DNA of 63,997 nt, filler included, from Perkinsus olseni (lineage: Eukaryota), in assembly GCA_013115125.1 (NCBI GenBank). It is 18 parts of 18 records of this genome, joined end to end, with 100 filler letters (N's around TTAATTAATTAA, not from the genome) between each part and the next. Parts side by side here need not be neighbours in the genome. Positions count along the whole stretch, not along the records: positions 35,945 to 39,397 come from JABANN010001397.1; positions 39,498 to 42,945 come from JABANN010001398.1; positions 43,046 to 46,492 come from JABANN010001399.1; positions 46,593 to 50,039 come from JABANN010001400.1; 14 more parts are not named here. One strand, 5' to 3'. Every line of letters begins with the position of its first letter. Positions within the stretch are counted from its first letter, which is position 1. The notes beneath the pieces were generated by a model. That model was not told the origin of the DNA. It saw nothing but the letters and a program-made list of their open reading frames with translations, and searched no databases. Both the position numbers and the translations under genes were made by a program. This document shows, piece after piece, positions 35,845-48,909 of this stretch.

Positions 35845-37642
35845 NNNNNNNNNNNNNNNNNNNNNNNNNNNNNNNNNNNNNNNNNNNNTTAATTAATTAA
35901 NNNNNNNNNNNNNNNNNNNNNNNNNNNNNNNNNNNNNNNNNNNNTTATTCAAGTTAGCCTTTTTCTTGAGACCTTAATGGCACTGAGTTCAGTCCAGGGC
36001 GGCTTACCCCCAACAATAGGTATCTATAATACGACGAGTGTCCACTCTTTCATCCAACCCGAAGCTAGCCAGTACTACTGCTGAACCAAACATGGGTAAC
36101 ATGGAAATAACATAGTTCAACGTCGAAGATATACAAGGTCGAATGCCTGCAAGGCAGGCAATATGACCCGGCAAAGAGGAGGCTAGTAAGATTCATAACA
36201 GGAAGTGGATGTAACGAAGTCATCATGATACTTCTTCACATCCGAGTGCTACTGCCGTGCCCACGACAGCTGCTATTAAACTTCACGTCCAGCGACCGGA
36301 GCAGTTGTTGAAGTGAAGGGCCCAACAGAAGCACCGACAGCGAAGAAATAAGAATCATCACTAAACCGCAGTAGATGACCAAAACATACAGCCACGATCA
36401 CCGTTGAATCTAGATAATAATGAAGGGTATCATCAGCACGCATCAATGGCAAGCTGCTGCGAGTATCTCTACAAGAGGGCACCGCAGTCAGTGACAACAG
36501 CCGGCCGTCCCTTGCAGAAAATTCAAATGCTTATTGATTGCGTACATCAAATACCAGCAGATAAGGATGTATGGAAGGCTACTGCTGGCAGGGCTGCTCC
36601 TGTTGTCTTGGCAGGAATGCGGTGACAACAGCACCGAAACGATAATGCCCGGCAGGCGCGAGGAGCAGCGACAACAACAGCAGAAGGCGATATGCATAAG
36701 TGATACAGTAGAAACACGAGTGGCAGTGATGACAACGAAGGTGTCGAATCACTAAAGGCTATCCTAACCTTTTAATAGACACTACGAAGAAGAGATGAGG
36801 TGACTAATAGGAAGATTACGGTGACCGAGGACAGAAGGCTGATGATGACGATCACAGCATGTTGCTGTTACTTGCAGGAGTCTCCACGAGGTTCTTCTCT
36901 AGTAAATCATAGAGGCAACAGAAGACTTGTCTGAGGCAGACACCACGTAGACGACGATGGCCGCATGCAACGATGGTCGGACTGACTCAAGTTGCAAGGG
37001 CATCAACTGACTTCATATAGTGGGAAGAGGAGGTTGGCGACGCCGTAGTTAAAGAGAGAGGACCGTGAAGACGAAAGAGACACTCAGTAAGAACAGTAGT
37101 GACAGACCTGCTGTTGTTAACTCACCACACCCGAGTGAGACACTGTGTAATGGGCAGTGAGTAATGATAGAGACAACAGCAGCAGCAGCAGAAGTCAAAC
37201 GGTGACCAACACGGAGAGCCAACACAACCTCCTATCAGCATTGCAACTACCGACCAGAGGATAGACCTAGCTGGCCGCATTACGTAGTTATCGGCAAGTC
37301 TGAGGCGAAGGGACAGACAGTTTCGTGTGCACAATCAGCAACAGCAGTGAAGAGGGCTGGTAGGGACGAACTCTGGAGCAACAACCAACGCAGACTCACA
37401 CGGGTATAATAACAATGACGGGAGTAACAGTTGATTGACAGCCCTCCAGAACACAGCCTTCTGTCAGGATCTCATCGTAGTGTGATAGATGATTTCAGTA
37501 GTCCTCAGAATCATTCTATCAACAATGATGGCACTGCAACTACTACCGGTGGAACAAGTTAACAAGTTGGAGTAGGAACAGTAGCATAAATCGTTATCGT
37601 AATCACGTATAGTTGATCGTTGCTACATTCAAGAGTCATCAT

Positions 37643-39097
37643 CTACTGAAAGAACTCTAGAATCTGGTAAACCGAGATCGCCGTGCCACCGACTAGAGTG
37701 ATGCAACCGAGGATGACGAAAGCGGCATATAGCCAGTTCTCGCGAGCAAAGAACTTCTTGCTCTTCGAAGTCGAGATGCAGAAGTAGCCGGGGGCGATGA
37801 AGCAAAGGATCGATCCGGCGATGGCACCAACGATACCCATAAGGATGGATACATCAGGCAAGGCGATATCGATGAGGTAGGAGATGATGACCGCGATGGT
37901 GACGACGACAACACCCCAGAAGTCAGCACGCTTGGGCTCGAACGTGTTAATGAGGGCAACACGAACAGGGTAGACCATGAAGGGGTAGGTGCCAATGAAA
38001 GAGATGCCAGTCCAAATGAAACCGATGATGACGACAACATCACCCTGAGGGATCCAGTCGGCCATGTTGATCAAGACACTGCTCTTGGCATCGGAACCGA
38101 AAACAAGAAGGAACGGGATGGCGATGACCAGGTAGACAGCAGTACTGACAATAGCCGACCAGATGGCCACCCATCGAAGCTTCTTCGGGCTCCTAGGGTT
38201 CATCTCCATGTAGATCTCCGGCATGTTAGCTTGATTGCAGTAACCGAAGATGTATGTGGTGACACCTTCGATGCAGGTGATCCAGCTGACGGGAGCATAG
38301 GCGTGGCCACGGTCGAAGTTCTCGGATATACCATTCGAACCGAGCAGGTAAAGTGCCACGACGGCTAACCAGAAGATACCGAGGATGCTGACAATGGTGA
38401 GGTACCTCAATGAACCGAGGCTCTTAACCAGACAGATGGGGTACATGACAATACCCAACATGATGAGGGAGAGGTAGTACCTCGAGGTGAGCATAATGTG
38501 GTACCAAGCATGTGGCTCATTGATGGTAAGTTGATTGAACAATGGTGCTAATGAATCGACAACAGTAACCAAATAGGAGGCGCTGCTACCAAGGCAGAAG
38601 ACGACCATGGCAATCTGGAAGACATATAATATTTTACGGCCGTAAAGATACTCAATGATGGTGGCATAAGACCTCTTGCCAGTCTTCTCAACAGTCTTCA
38701 CGATCATGTCCAAAGAGAGGACATTCAGCACAGCCATGAGGATCAATAGAGTGATGGCGGAGACATAACCGCCAATTGCCATCTCATAGGTATTGGATAG
38801 AATAGCACCACCCAGAGTTGCTTTGATGACAGCGATAGTCGCTGTAAACGATGAGCCGGGGGCGAATGTCCTGCTAGCCCAGGTGGTCTCCTTCTTGGGC
38901 TTCATCTCCTCCATAGGGATAGAGGTCTCCGAAGCACCAGACATCTGTGGCTTCAATCCATCATTCAGAGGGGCCACGCCGTGAGAGACGGCGGCGAGCT
39001 CATCCCGCACGGAGCCTTCAGTGCTGATGACGCTGACAACCTCAACCGGCATCTGGACGTCGTTAGTCGCCATAACAGTAGTAGCGTTAGAAGCCAT
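37643..39097 (-). CDS. Amino acid transporter, AAAP/SLC38-like family, 484 aa
   Basis: About 11 hydrophobic segments with KATLGGAILS, SLRYLT, FGYCNQANMPEIY and GAIAGSILCFIAPG. Intronless, with a (CAA)n tract just before the ATG. Confidence 0.93.
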   Translation of the reverse strand: MASNATTVMATNDVQMPVEVVSVISTEGSVRDELAAVSHGVAPLNDGLKPQMSGASETSIPMEEMKPKKETTWASRTFAPGSSFTATIAVIKATLGGAILSNTYEMAIGGYVSAITLLILMAVLNVLSLDMIVKTVEKTGKRSYATIIEYLYGRKILYVFQIAMVVFCLGSSASYLVTVVDSLAPLFNQLTINEPHAWYHIMLTSRYYLSLIMLGIVMYPICLVKSLGSLRYLTIVSILGIFWLAVVALYLLGSNGISENFDRGHAYAPVSWITCIEGVTTYIFGYCNQANMPEIYMEMNPRSPKKLRWVAIWSAIVSTAVYLVIAIPFLLVFGSDAKSSVLINMADWIPQGDVVVIIGFIWTGISFIGTYPFMVYPVRVALINTFEPKRADFWGVVVVTIAVIISYLIDIALPDVSILMGIVGAIAGSILCFIAPGYFCISTSKSKKFFARENWLYAAFVILGCITLVGGTAISVYQILEFFQ

Positions 39098-42000
39098 CGT
39101 TGTTGTTGTTGTTGTTGTGGGAATAGCAATAGGAGTCGAGTGGGTAAGTTATGAACACAAGGATGATGAGTGGAGATACCACCACCAACGCTGAAAAAGG
39201 ACAGTGATTTACACGTAAGATCTCTTTCTCTTAGAGCCGGAGTGCGGCCAAGCGAAAATAATCTGCAATTCAGCATGCTCATAAGGTCCCGAGGATGTTC
39301 TCGACGCATGAGCCTCACAGGAAAGATCAACGCCACCGCCCCTCAACGCAAGTCCAATCAACACTTCAACAGGCAGGCCTGATGCTGTTCATGATGCNNN
39401 NNNNNNNNNNNNNNNNNNNNNNNNNNNNNNNNNNNNNNNNNTTAATTAATTAANNNNNNNNNNNNNNNNNNNNNNNNNNNNNNNNNNNNNNNNNNNNGGG
39501 CCCGTTTACATTTTTATACCTCCAGAAAACCTTTAAAAATATTTCTATGAGCCTTACGCATTGCCTTGTTCTCGACAATGGATGGACAGATCCTGTTCAA
39601 CTCGCCCGAGAGGGACACTGTCGTCGTGAGGTCACTGCGAAAGGATCGGATGTGAGCCTGAGGCTGATCGTATGGCCGCGGATGCCGACTATGTTACCCG
39701 AACTGTCGAATTTCCACTTAAGATAAATGCTTCAAGCACGCTACATCTAACCTACAAATCGTCAGTTTTAGCGTTGAGCTCTTATTTACTCCTAGTTACT
39801 CTCACTTACTCTAGTTACTCTCGGTAGTTCTCTCTTCTCAGTTACTCGTTCACACTGAGCGGTTATGAGCCGCCGTCTGCCTCGGAGTACCTCGGTGATA
39901 CTGCAGTTGCTCCCACCATAGCAAAAAATGACGTCAGATCCTGAGCAGAGGTGGAGATTCGACCTCAAGTGTGGGTCAGCCTTCCCATCTCCGACGGATT
40001 CGAAGCAGCCAGCAGAATGCCCTCTGACTTTGCAAGCGACCCAAAAGCACCAAAGGCAAGCTGATCTGCGTTCCCTCGCTCGCCTCTGCCTTACGAATAG
40101 TTGCTCACGCTTCAGTGAGTCTGTCGATGCTATCCCCTCTTCGCAGGGCTATCACTGCTGTGAACCCTTCCTTCATCCCTGGCTGGCCGTACCACTGTTG
40201 TTCTCCTCACTATTCTCTGTGCGGTAGTGGCCCCCTCTTCTGCGACTGCAGAGGTTGTATTGACTACCAGGAAGTGTAAGCAAAAAATATTCCTCCAGTT
40301 AGCGCTTGAGCGACGGCTGATCTATAGGACATGAGACCTCAGATACGGCATGAAGATTCCGGCCGAACAAATCCACGTCATAGCGTAAGTTGGCAAGATT
40401 ACTTCGTTCGACGATAGCGTTGTGTACTTGTTGGAACGATCAGGAGTTTCCGTTACATAGTCGCAGCGGAGCTAATACGTAGCTAGTATGCATAATTATT
40501 TAACGAACGGTTCTGGGAGCGGACTCTTATGCGTTCGATCCAGGCACCTGCCGGTCATCAAATAGTCATCTCGATAGTAGCATCATGCACGGCGATTTTT
40601 CAGAGTCGAAACCCGCCGGTACATTCCGGCCTGGCCATACTGGCTCATTGTAATTCTCACTACCGTGGTCGTATGTGCGTCAGTTCATCGCTGCAGTGAG
40701 TATGCTTTTTCTCCAAGCCCTTCCTGTGAGCTTCATGTTCAGTCTCCAAAAGAATGGAGCAACGCCGATCCAATGCTCGGGCAGATGCAGGTTCGCCCGA
40801 CAACTCTTATCTGCAAGGTGAGCCTACGGATCCTAGCGCCTCATTGTGGGTATCTTTTCTGCTTCAGGCATGAATCTTGCGTATGTAGTCGGCAATCCTG
40901 TTGAGGATGAGAATGCTCTGGCTACTCTCGGGATTAGTCGCGTATGCGTTACTTCTGCTTGCGTCTTTCCGTCGCTGACTGTGTGCTGTTACTTCAGACT
41001 ACGCCGGTGAACAGACTATCTGTTGACGAGACGCGTAAGCGTCACTCTTCAATTGTAGGCATTAGCTAGAACATAACTTGGTTCGTAAGATACCGCCCAA
41101 GCTGAGCTGCCTGGCAGCAGTGAATCAGCTGGCAGCGACCAAGCACGTCCGACAAGTCCACATGTAGTCGGTGGAACTGTCTCGCAGAGCGCAAGTAAGT
41201 TTCGGTGTGCGCGCTGTCTTGGCGCCTCTCAGTACACCGTTTGCTGCTCTTACCGAGTTTCGAGGCGCCCATGTTCATGATTGCAGGTACATCCAAAGGA
41301 TGACTCACTGCAGCCCAACCGAACCGCCCCGATTCATGAAGCATGGTTCTATTGTGAGATCATGAATGAAGCCTCTATCGATCTCCGCTGTTTTGTTCAT
41401 GGCTGTCCGGTCATAACATCAAGGATGCGCGAACGGTCTGGAGTCGGCGAAACGCCATGATTAGCCTTTCCGGTTAGCGCATTCCTTTCTGAAGCTGGAC
41501 TGTGAATTTAGAGCGAATCCTATCTCACGCCTTGCTCACAATCAGTTTCCTAGAACTTTCCCCATGTTAGGGATTGGATGTGAGGGAGTGAACTTCTGCT
41601 TGTGCCTAGCGGATCTGGGTGACGAATATGAACCGGAGGAGCAACCGTTTTGTCACATCCCATCGTGGAAGTAACTCATTGAAGGTTGTGTTGACAGTCA
41701 CAGGAGACATCAGTCAAGGAATGTTTCGTCGAGCTGAACACGAGACACCTCAATAGCTGCGCGCGATGATTGAACAATACAGAATCATATGTCCGGTATA
41801 CTCGTCTGAGTATAATATATATTGCAACTGATTGAACTATTGAATACCGTAGAACCGCTGAATACCCCGAACCCACGCGCCCCATCACTGCCTTAGTGAA
41901 TGACCAGCTCCCTAACGAAACCACCGTAACCCCGTTCTCAGAAGCGCAGAAACGTAGGATCGTCATCGTGTTCAAATGGAGGGAGGGTTCAGCAGGACTT

Positions 42001-42327
42001 TTTTCCGACTCTGAGCAAGCAGAGCCGATACAAGTAGCCTGATCGGCTGAGCCGATACAGCGAGACAAGGGTGAGCGACCGAGAGACAATTCATAACCGC
42101 TGCCGGTATACCTCAAATATCATGATTGATTGACACTGGAACTGCAAAAACATCGTGGAGGTTGGAAAGACGCGTTGGGATCGGACGAGACCTACGACCT
42201 TGTAGGAATCGTCCACGCGCTATATGAGACTTCGGACGTATCAGTCCTCGTTGCTATTGCATCAGAATTAGGTAGAATGAAGGAAAAACTGGCGAAGGCA
42301 GAGATATATATGAGGCTCGGGTCTACG

Positions 42328-42945
42328 CTAAAATGCCTGCATCCCGCCGCATGAAAGATGGTTTCCCGGCGCCACATGGAAGTGGTTACTGAAGTTCTTA
42401 TAAAAATCGATGCGATTTACAGCTCTGGCATCAGTAGGACTATAGCACTCCAATCCGCCGTTGATGATGAGAGTAGTAACTCCGAACCCAGGGTAGCGTC
42501 CACCAGCCTTATCAGCAGCTGAAGGCTGCCATTTACCAACGATGATGTCGTGTATAGCGGGCTTGGGCATTTGCGGAGTCATCAAGAACCATATAGCGCT
42601 GGCGAAGGCGAGCACACCATTCTCGGCGGTTAGAAGCGAATCCGGATCGTCCAAGAGCTTGGACTTATCTCCATAAATAGCTTCGGAGAACGGGCCGTAG
42701 TTGAAGTTCCAAGACAGCTGCAGAGCACCTCTGCCAAAGTAACCCTTGCCAGCTACACACGGGTATTCAGTGCTGGGTGAGCAATAAGAACATGCGGCGA
42801 GCGCATCAGAGCAACCGAGCTCGCTGGTGAAGTAGAGGCCTTGTTTCCATCGAGGTACCGGCCCCCATCCGTTATTCTCTCCGGTCTCTTGGGTGAAATG
42901 GGCGAAGCTCACGGAGAGTTCCTTCCTGCATGCTGTGTCCGGGTC
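42328..42945 (-). CDS. Glycoside hydrolase family 19 chitinase catalytic domain, 5'-partial
   Basis: [55 protein letters not shown] and HLSC. Confidence 0.95.
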   Translation of the reverse strand, partial: DPDTACRKELSVSFAHFTQETGENNGWGPVPRWKQGLYFTSELGCSDALAACSYCSPSTEYPCVAGKGYFGRGALQLSWNFNYGPFSEAIYGDKSKLLDDPDSLLTAENGVLAFASAIWFLMTPQMPKPAIHDIIVGKWQPSAADKAGGRYPGFGVTTLIINGGLECYSPTDARAVNRIDFYKNFSNHFHVAPGNHLSCGGMQAF

Positions 42946-43045
42946 NNNNNNNNNNNNNNNNNNNNNNNNNNNNNNNNNNNNNNNNNNNNTTAATTAATTA
43001 ANNNNNNNNNNNNNNNNNNNNNNNNNNNNNNNNNNNNNNNNNNNN

Positions 43046-43482
43046 TTGATGTGTTTTCCCTGCTCTAGGGATCGTGAACTCCGTGTTTCCGGCCTGTTCG
43101 GTCTTGCGTTTTGCACTAATTTGCAGCTCTAAGGTCGGTTTTTGAAAAACCGACCGAGGCAAGAAAAACCGTTTTTCTACTTATGTGTTCGTATCAGGCA
43201 TGTTACTCTCCACCAGCGAGTGTCTGCGAAGTTCGCAGCCTCGCAAAGAGGCGTAGTATCAGGAGAAAGTCAAGTGTTTAAGAAGACCACTGCAGTGTTG
43301 AAAAAAACTGTTTCTGGTAGGACTTCTTCAACACTAGGATGTGTTGAAATAAGATGTGTTAGGAAAAACTCTCTGCAATGCCAAGTGTCGAAAATACTGC
43401 CTAAGTGTTGGCACGAACCACCCTTGTGGTGAAATTCTCCGTGTGTTAAGAATGATGGTGTTAAAAATAATTGGTCACCCTG
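43046..43482 (-). mobile_element. End of a DNA transposon (CAGGGTGACC terminus, hAT-like) disrupting a POT gene
   Basis: Transporter homology stops exactly at CAGGGTGACCAATT, followed by repeated AACAC/GTGTT subterminal motifs. The partner TIR is not seen. Confidence 0.6.
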
Positions 43483-43935
43483 CATCTGTTGCGCTCCCAT
43501 CACGTTCACACACGCCTTAATGCCGCCGGCACCGACTGTGATCAACACTAGTAATGAGAGATGTATCATCCATGCCTCGGTGATAGACCTTATCGAAGCT
43601 ATAGTGAGGAGGACCAGACCCAGCATGTAGAGAATCGAGAATCCCAGAATGGTGTGGTAAACGCCGACCAAAGTATCAGCCAGGACTCCCGCGAGCAAAG
43701 GTGTGACATAGAGGATGGCGTTAAAGCTCGAGACGTAGGAGTCAGCGGCCGAGTCCGAGTAACCGAGGTAGCTCTTGAGGAAGAGCTGAAGGTTGGGGGT
43801 CAAACCGTAGAAGGCCAGACGTTCGCAGAACTCCTGCATGAGGATGAAGACACATGCCATGAACATAGGGTTCTCGAAGTAGTGGTAGATGTTGCCGGAC
43901 CTGTCAGTCCAAGAAAAAGGTTTGTGATAAGGCAT
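43483..43935 (-). pseudogene. POT/PTR peptide transporter paralog, interrupted
   Basis: QEFCERLAFYG (ExxER motif) and GAGGIKACVNVMGAQQ, then the insertion. Confidence 0.85.
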
Positions 43936-44304
43936 TGGTGGAAAAATAGATGATAATAATAATGCCCTATTTAGCAACCACACTAAGCATCAGACGCTGG
44001 CCAAGTAACAGAGACGAACGAAACCAAACGTCGTACTAGCGAAGGCCTCCCCTGTGCGGAGCTTTTAGGGGTGTTAACGACATCTACATAGAGGCATAAT
44101 TCCGGGGGTGAAGCCTTTCGCACGCGTCACCCCCTAGCACGCGTGCACTGATGGCGAGCCCTAACCATTCCAGTGCCGGGCGGAGTAGAGGTGGTCGGAT
44201 TCATGTAATTGAGACTATTAACGATAACCCCAGTGAAACTTAATAGTCATATTCTAAACAACGTGGTAAATGTTCAATCTGATCGAACTTCAATTGAACT
44301 TCAA

Positions 44305-45930
44305 TCAGGCCATCGATGCTACGGACCTCCTTCGCAGGGCCCCTTCGGTAGCGACGGAAGACTCCGCGAAACTGGATGCCGGAGGCCTCAGTCCACCTCG
44401 GTCAACTTCTGCTTGGCGTTGAGCGCTCCTCTTCTTAACCTTGTTGAAATAGGGAACACTGAGTATAGCCCCGATTGCGCCTAGCAGGCAAAGCCCGATG
44501 AGGAGGTAGTAGTAGTAATCATAATGAGCACCCCTATGCGACGACTCAGTCGGATTGGCTGGGTCAAAGTCCGGCAACCACGGCTGGCATAGGGAGAACA
44601 GTACGGCAGAAAGTGCACTAGCAATAGCGAAGAAGCACAGGTTGAATGCCGAGGCGACAGCCTTCAGAGAGACCGGTGAATACGTGAAGGCCACTTCGTA
44701 CGAGGTCGACATTAGGAAGATCTCACCGAGGGCGATCATCCAGAACTGTGGAACTTGATACCAAACCGATACAGTGAATAGGGGCTGTGATTTTATCTGG
44801 TATTCAACGACCAAGGCACAAGCCAAAGCCACCGCTCCGAAGAGCGAACCTATGCAGAACCTGACCAATGGCTCGGGCATCCAATCATGCTTCCGTAGAT
44901 ACGGGAAGAGGAAGGAGTCCACCACGAAGGAGCTGATGACCACCGCAATAGGATCTACGTTTTGGATCATCGCGGGGGGCATAATCCAGCCGAACGTATC
45001 ACGATCCATTTTCTTGGCTTGAGTGAGGAAAGCGGTGGTCATGTTGTTGTAGGCCATACAGAATGGTATGATCAACACGAACATCGGTAGGAGTGTGAAT
45101 ACAGCTTTGGCGTCTTCAATGAAGTTGTCCTCGAACTTTCCACCGCGGGAAACTTTATTCTTCTCTAAGGAGCACTTGAAGACAGAGTACACCACCACTT
45201 TAAGAATCTGCAACACTGCTGACCCCTGGGGTTTGGGCTTGACGTATCGATCCATGAGGTTGCCGATGATGAATAGAATCGTGGCTAGGATGAAGAAAGC
45301 CAAAGGGAAGGCGAAGCTTGCCGTGAATCCAGCCTCCTGAAGCAGGATTGGAGTGACAATGCCACCAACGATCGATCCAAGATTGATGGCCGCGTAGAAG
45401 TAGGTGTAAAAGCGTGTTATGAGGTCCCTGTGATGCTCAGGATGGAACTGCTGGGCTCCCATTACATTAACACAGCTCTTGATCCCACCAGCACCGAAGG
45501 CGATCAGCACGAGTAGAGAAAGGTGGATCATCCATGGTTGGCTGATCGATTTCACCGAGGATACCGTAAGTAGGGCCAAGCCCGCCATGTAGACGAATGA
45601 GAAGATTACTATTGTATAGTAGAGGCCGAGGAGAGTATCTGAGATGACCGCCGAGATCAGAGGCGTCACATACAGAATCGAGTTGAATGATGATATGTAC
45701 GAGTTCGCTGAAGTGTCGGTGTAACCCAGATACTCCTTGAGGAACGTCTGGAGGTTTGGAGTGAGACCGTAGAAGGCCAGGCGTTCACACAGCTCTTGTA
45801 GTAGCACGAATGATACAGCGTCTTTCATAGGGTCCTTGTAGTAGAAATACTCATTGCCATAGAGGTCCTTCCATGAGTATTCCTTCTTGATGCTTGCTGA
45901 ACTCAGCACGCGCTTAGTGTCGCCACTCAT
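44305..45930 (-). CDS. Proton-dependent oligopeptide transporter (POT/PTR2, MFS), 541 aa
   Basis: QELCERLAFYG, GAGGIKS, FYTYFYAAINLGS (PTR2 signature), P.PQGS and W.QVPQF...GEI. Intronless. Confidence 0.96.
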   Translation of the reverse strand: MSGDTKRVLSSASIKKEYSWKDLYGNEYFYYKDPMKDAVSFVLLQELCERLAFYGLTPNLQTFLKEYLGYTDTSANSYISSFNSILYVTPLISAVISDTLLGLYYTIVIFSFVYMAGLALLTVSSVKSISQPWMIHLSLLVLIAFGAGGIKSCVNVMGAQQFHPEHHRDLITRFYTYFYAAINLGSIVGGIVTPILLQEAGFTASFAFPLAFFILATILFIIGNLMDRYVKPKPQGSAVLQILKVVVYSVFKCSLEKNKVSRGGKFEDNFIEDAKAVFTLLPMFVLIIPFCMAYNNMTTAFLTQAKKMDRDTFGWIMPPAMIQNVDPIAVVISSFVVDSFLFPYLRKHDWMPEPLVRFCIGSLFGAVALACALVVEYQIKSQPLFTVSVWYQVPQFWMIALGEIFLMSTSYEVAFTYSPVSLKAVASAFNLCFFAIASALSAVLFSLCQPWLPDFDPANPTESSHRGAHYDYYYYLLIGLCLLGAIGAILSVPYFNKVKKRSAQRQAEVDRGGLRPPASSFAESSVATEGALRRRSVASMA

Positions 45931-46592
45931 AGTGTAGGGTTACTCACCACATCCTCAATACACTGAGAAGGAAAGATGCCCCGAACTTCCCCTCACTCAG
46001 GTTCCTCTGATGATTCGACCAACGCAAGTACTACTTCGCAACGCGCCGAAACGCTATGACCGGGCTTGCACGCATGCGCACGGCCCGTGCGGCACGGGTG
46101 TCGGCGGTGGGCGGACGATGGCCCCTAAGGAGGACGACCGTCCTCACTATAAGACACCCTTTGCTTGAAGGGCCCCTACAATGAATCTGATTTAGTGAAT
46201 GCTGTGATAGAACGGTACTCGACTGAGTAAGCACGCCCCAACTTGGGGCCCCCAAGAGGCAGTTGCATCTTAACCCGTCCCGCCCTTGCCAAAAATGTTA
46301 TCTGTGGGTCGAACTGGTACTCGTAGCGATGCCACCGCTGCATCCAATTCGGAAAATAAACTTCTTCCTTATCCTTGAGAATAAAAATGGTCTCAGAGCA
46401 ATCGAGACTCTCAGTCGGAGTGTTGTGGAGCGCTGTTGACTGGCGCGGTTGTCGCTGTCGACTGGCGCGGTGATCGATTTGATGATGATCGANNNNNNNN
46501 NNNNNNNNNNNNNNNNNNNNNNNNNNNNNNNNNNNNTTAATTAATTAANNNNNNNNNNNNNNNNNNNNNNNNNNNNNNNNNNNNNNNNNNNN

Positions 46593-46846
46593 CTATATGG
46601 GGGTCGAGGATGATATCATCACATTAGCGAGTTGTTGTTGTTGTTGTTGAGACATCAGCAAATTGACGGAAGCGTCGAGATGGGGGGATACAATTGGCGG
46701 ATAAGGAAGTCATTCTAGCGGCAGGCCTCAAATAAGGAATTCATTTCCGCGAATAAAGCACACAAATTCATCATTAGGGAAATCAATTTCGCCGATAAGG
46801 GCGTCGATTTCGGGGGGTCAACTCCGCCAAATAGGCTTCTGAATGG
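46593..46846. mobile_element. TA-flanked MITE, part 1 (Tc1/mariner/pogo-like)
   Basis: Ends TCCGCCAAATAGGCTTCTGAATGG|TA. The first 41 bp are the exact reverse complement of 50140-50180, and there are internal GC(G/C)GATAAGG-like repeats. Confidence 0.7.
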
Positions 46847-47390
46847 TATATTGCGAGTTGTACCTATCGCGGTTGTTTCATTGGAAGTATGCTTCGTCTT
46901 ACTGAAGCTGAGCTAGTGTTATGTCGCTGATGAGGAGCCCACAGATGATAGATTGGGTTCCAGACGGCAAAGCTCGTCTCGAGCTCATCGGGTGTTGTGT
47001 TCTCGATCAGGCAAAATGTCGTATTGATCTTCCTGGAACTATTATATAATTATAGAATTATATTATTCTTCCAGTGGAATAGTTAATCCGGGTCCGAGTC
47101 AAGTGAGTCCGTTCATTTCAAATTAAGATTCCATCGCGGACATGCTTCGAGTATGCGTGTCTGAGGTGATTACGGACATCTTTTTCGATTGACTTGTGAG
47201 GTCACGTGGTGCGCGCAGGTGAGTGAGACGATGCCCTGTTTCAGCCTACAACTTTCAGGTACGGCCTTCTCACTTGAACATTTAGCGAGAGATATGAGCA
47301 AGGGGTAATAGAAGTAAGCTCGGGCAAACCAGGTTTTGCAAAGAAGGATTATCTGCACCGCCAGTGGCGATCCGCCGGCTCAAATTCTAG

Positions 47391-47510
47391 CATCACCTAT
47401 AATGGTGCTATCAACGTCATTAACAGCATTGAAATCATCACCAATGGTGGTCCTATCAACGTCATTAACAGCATTGAAAACATCTCCAAAGGTAGTGCTA
47501 ATAATGTCAT
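47391..47510. repeat. 45-bp tandem repeat, about 2.7 copies
   Basis: Units start at 47391, 47436 and 47481. The first two share CTATCAACGTCATTAACAGCATTGAAA and the third is diverged. Confidence 0.9.
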
Positions 47511-48909
47511 CGAGGAAGTTCTATGTCACTAGGAGTCCTAGTCTAGGACTCCTAGTCTAGGAGTTCATCCGGTGTCCTCAGTGCCAGGCACCCGCCGTAT
47601 CCTTTAGTTTTTGAGATCTCTCAAAAACTGGAATGCGCTCACGCTTAGCACTATTGTGTAATGGCTACCGATCCGGGAGCAGTTCCGAGGCATATTCTGG
47701 AACAGGCCCCCTGTAGATATTAGATAGGATCCACCGGATCGCTCAACTGAGTTGTGTTTTAGCAGCCTAGAGCGCGACGAGGCAAACAGATGGAATTCTC
47801 CGAGCCCGAAAAGTTTGAGAAAAGTTCCCGAAATTTCCCAACAACGCCGGTACCTCCTCCACACGCTTCAAAGTCGCTTCGAGGATTGTCTTCAATGATG
47901 CCCTTCTTGGAAAGTGCCAGTTTCGAGTAAGCATGTGTAAAACCGTTTTTCGGAAAACCCCCTGCCGAGTCACTCAACCAATGGCTCGATAACTTAACGA
48001 ACCCTCTTTAGTTATTAGTGATAACCGAAGAGGGTCATATGGACGATTTCTCAGATTCCAGACTTATCACATGGAGTTTTGGTGAAGTTATGTACACGAA
48101 ACATATACCACTGCATGCGAGAACGAGATAACCCGCTATTTCTCGTCTCGTTCTCGGTCATGAAGGAGAGCTCTCGTCTCGTTTCGGTCTCGGATCCGAG
48201 AACGAACGAGGACCGAGAATCTCGGTCAACCGAGCCCCGGTGTGCGGGTCTGCTCGAGGAGAGTCTTCTCAAGATGAACACGTTCACTGACCTGTTTCCT
48301 CAGGAGACCCTCCCATGCCGTTGTTCTAAAAAACTTGTTCATTGCCCCAGCGCCAACAGACGAGAAACACTCTACGTTCAATGAGACTCATACCGAAGGC
48401 TGCTCCCAGTTATTCAACTACAGGCTGTAGTCTACAGCTTTCACTTGGCTTTGGGATTCATCGGGAAGGCAGTAGACCGCTCGCCTACTACCTTCCCGAT
48501 GAGCCCATGAAACGTCAGTCAGCCTTTTCCGCGTATCTGACTCCGCTTTCCGCTTACTCATCATCAGAATACTGATGATCGCAGGTCGAGGGCGATTTTC
48601 TTCAACTCCAGAATCGCTGGATATATCAGGCACTCGTATAACACAAAATTGAAGATAATACGAGCTGATAGAGATGAGGCGAACCCCAATCAATAATCGA
48701 TATACCCCAGTGATGTGCCGACCCTGTTGCACAGTCAAAGATGAAGAGAAAGTGATTGTACAAGCGTGAGTTGCTAGAAAAATAAATGAATGGATGATCA
48801 TCGATATGAATAGTAAAGTATAGAATCACATCGCTAAGTACCCAGCTTGGAGGGAGCACCAATGCGTCAAATTGGGATGCTGGTATTCGTGGCCCTACGC
48901 CAGTACTCC

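Noticed and set aside
35945-37600. Exon-like segments on the minus strand downstream of the amino-acid transporter
   Set aside because: I could not assemble a consistent frame or recognise a domain, and one candidate exon contains a stop.
47391-47510. 45-bp repeats as a possible CRISPR array
   Set aside because: They are head-to-tail tandem units with codon-multiple length, no unique spacers and no cas genes, in a eukaryotic context.
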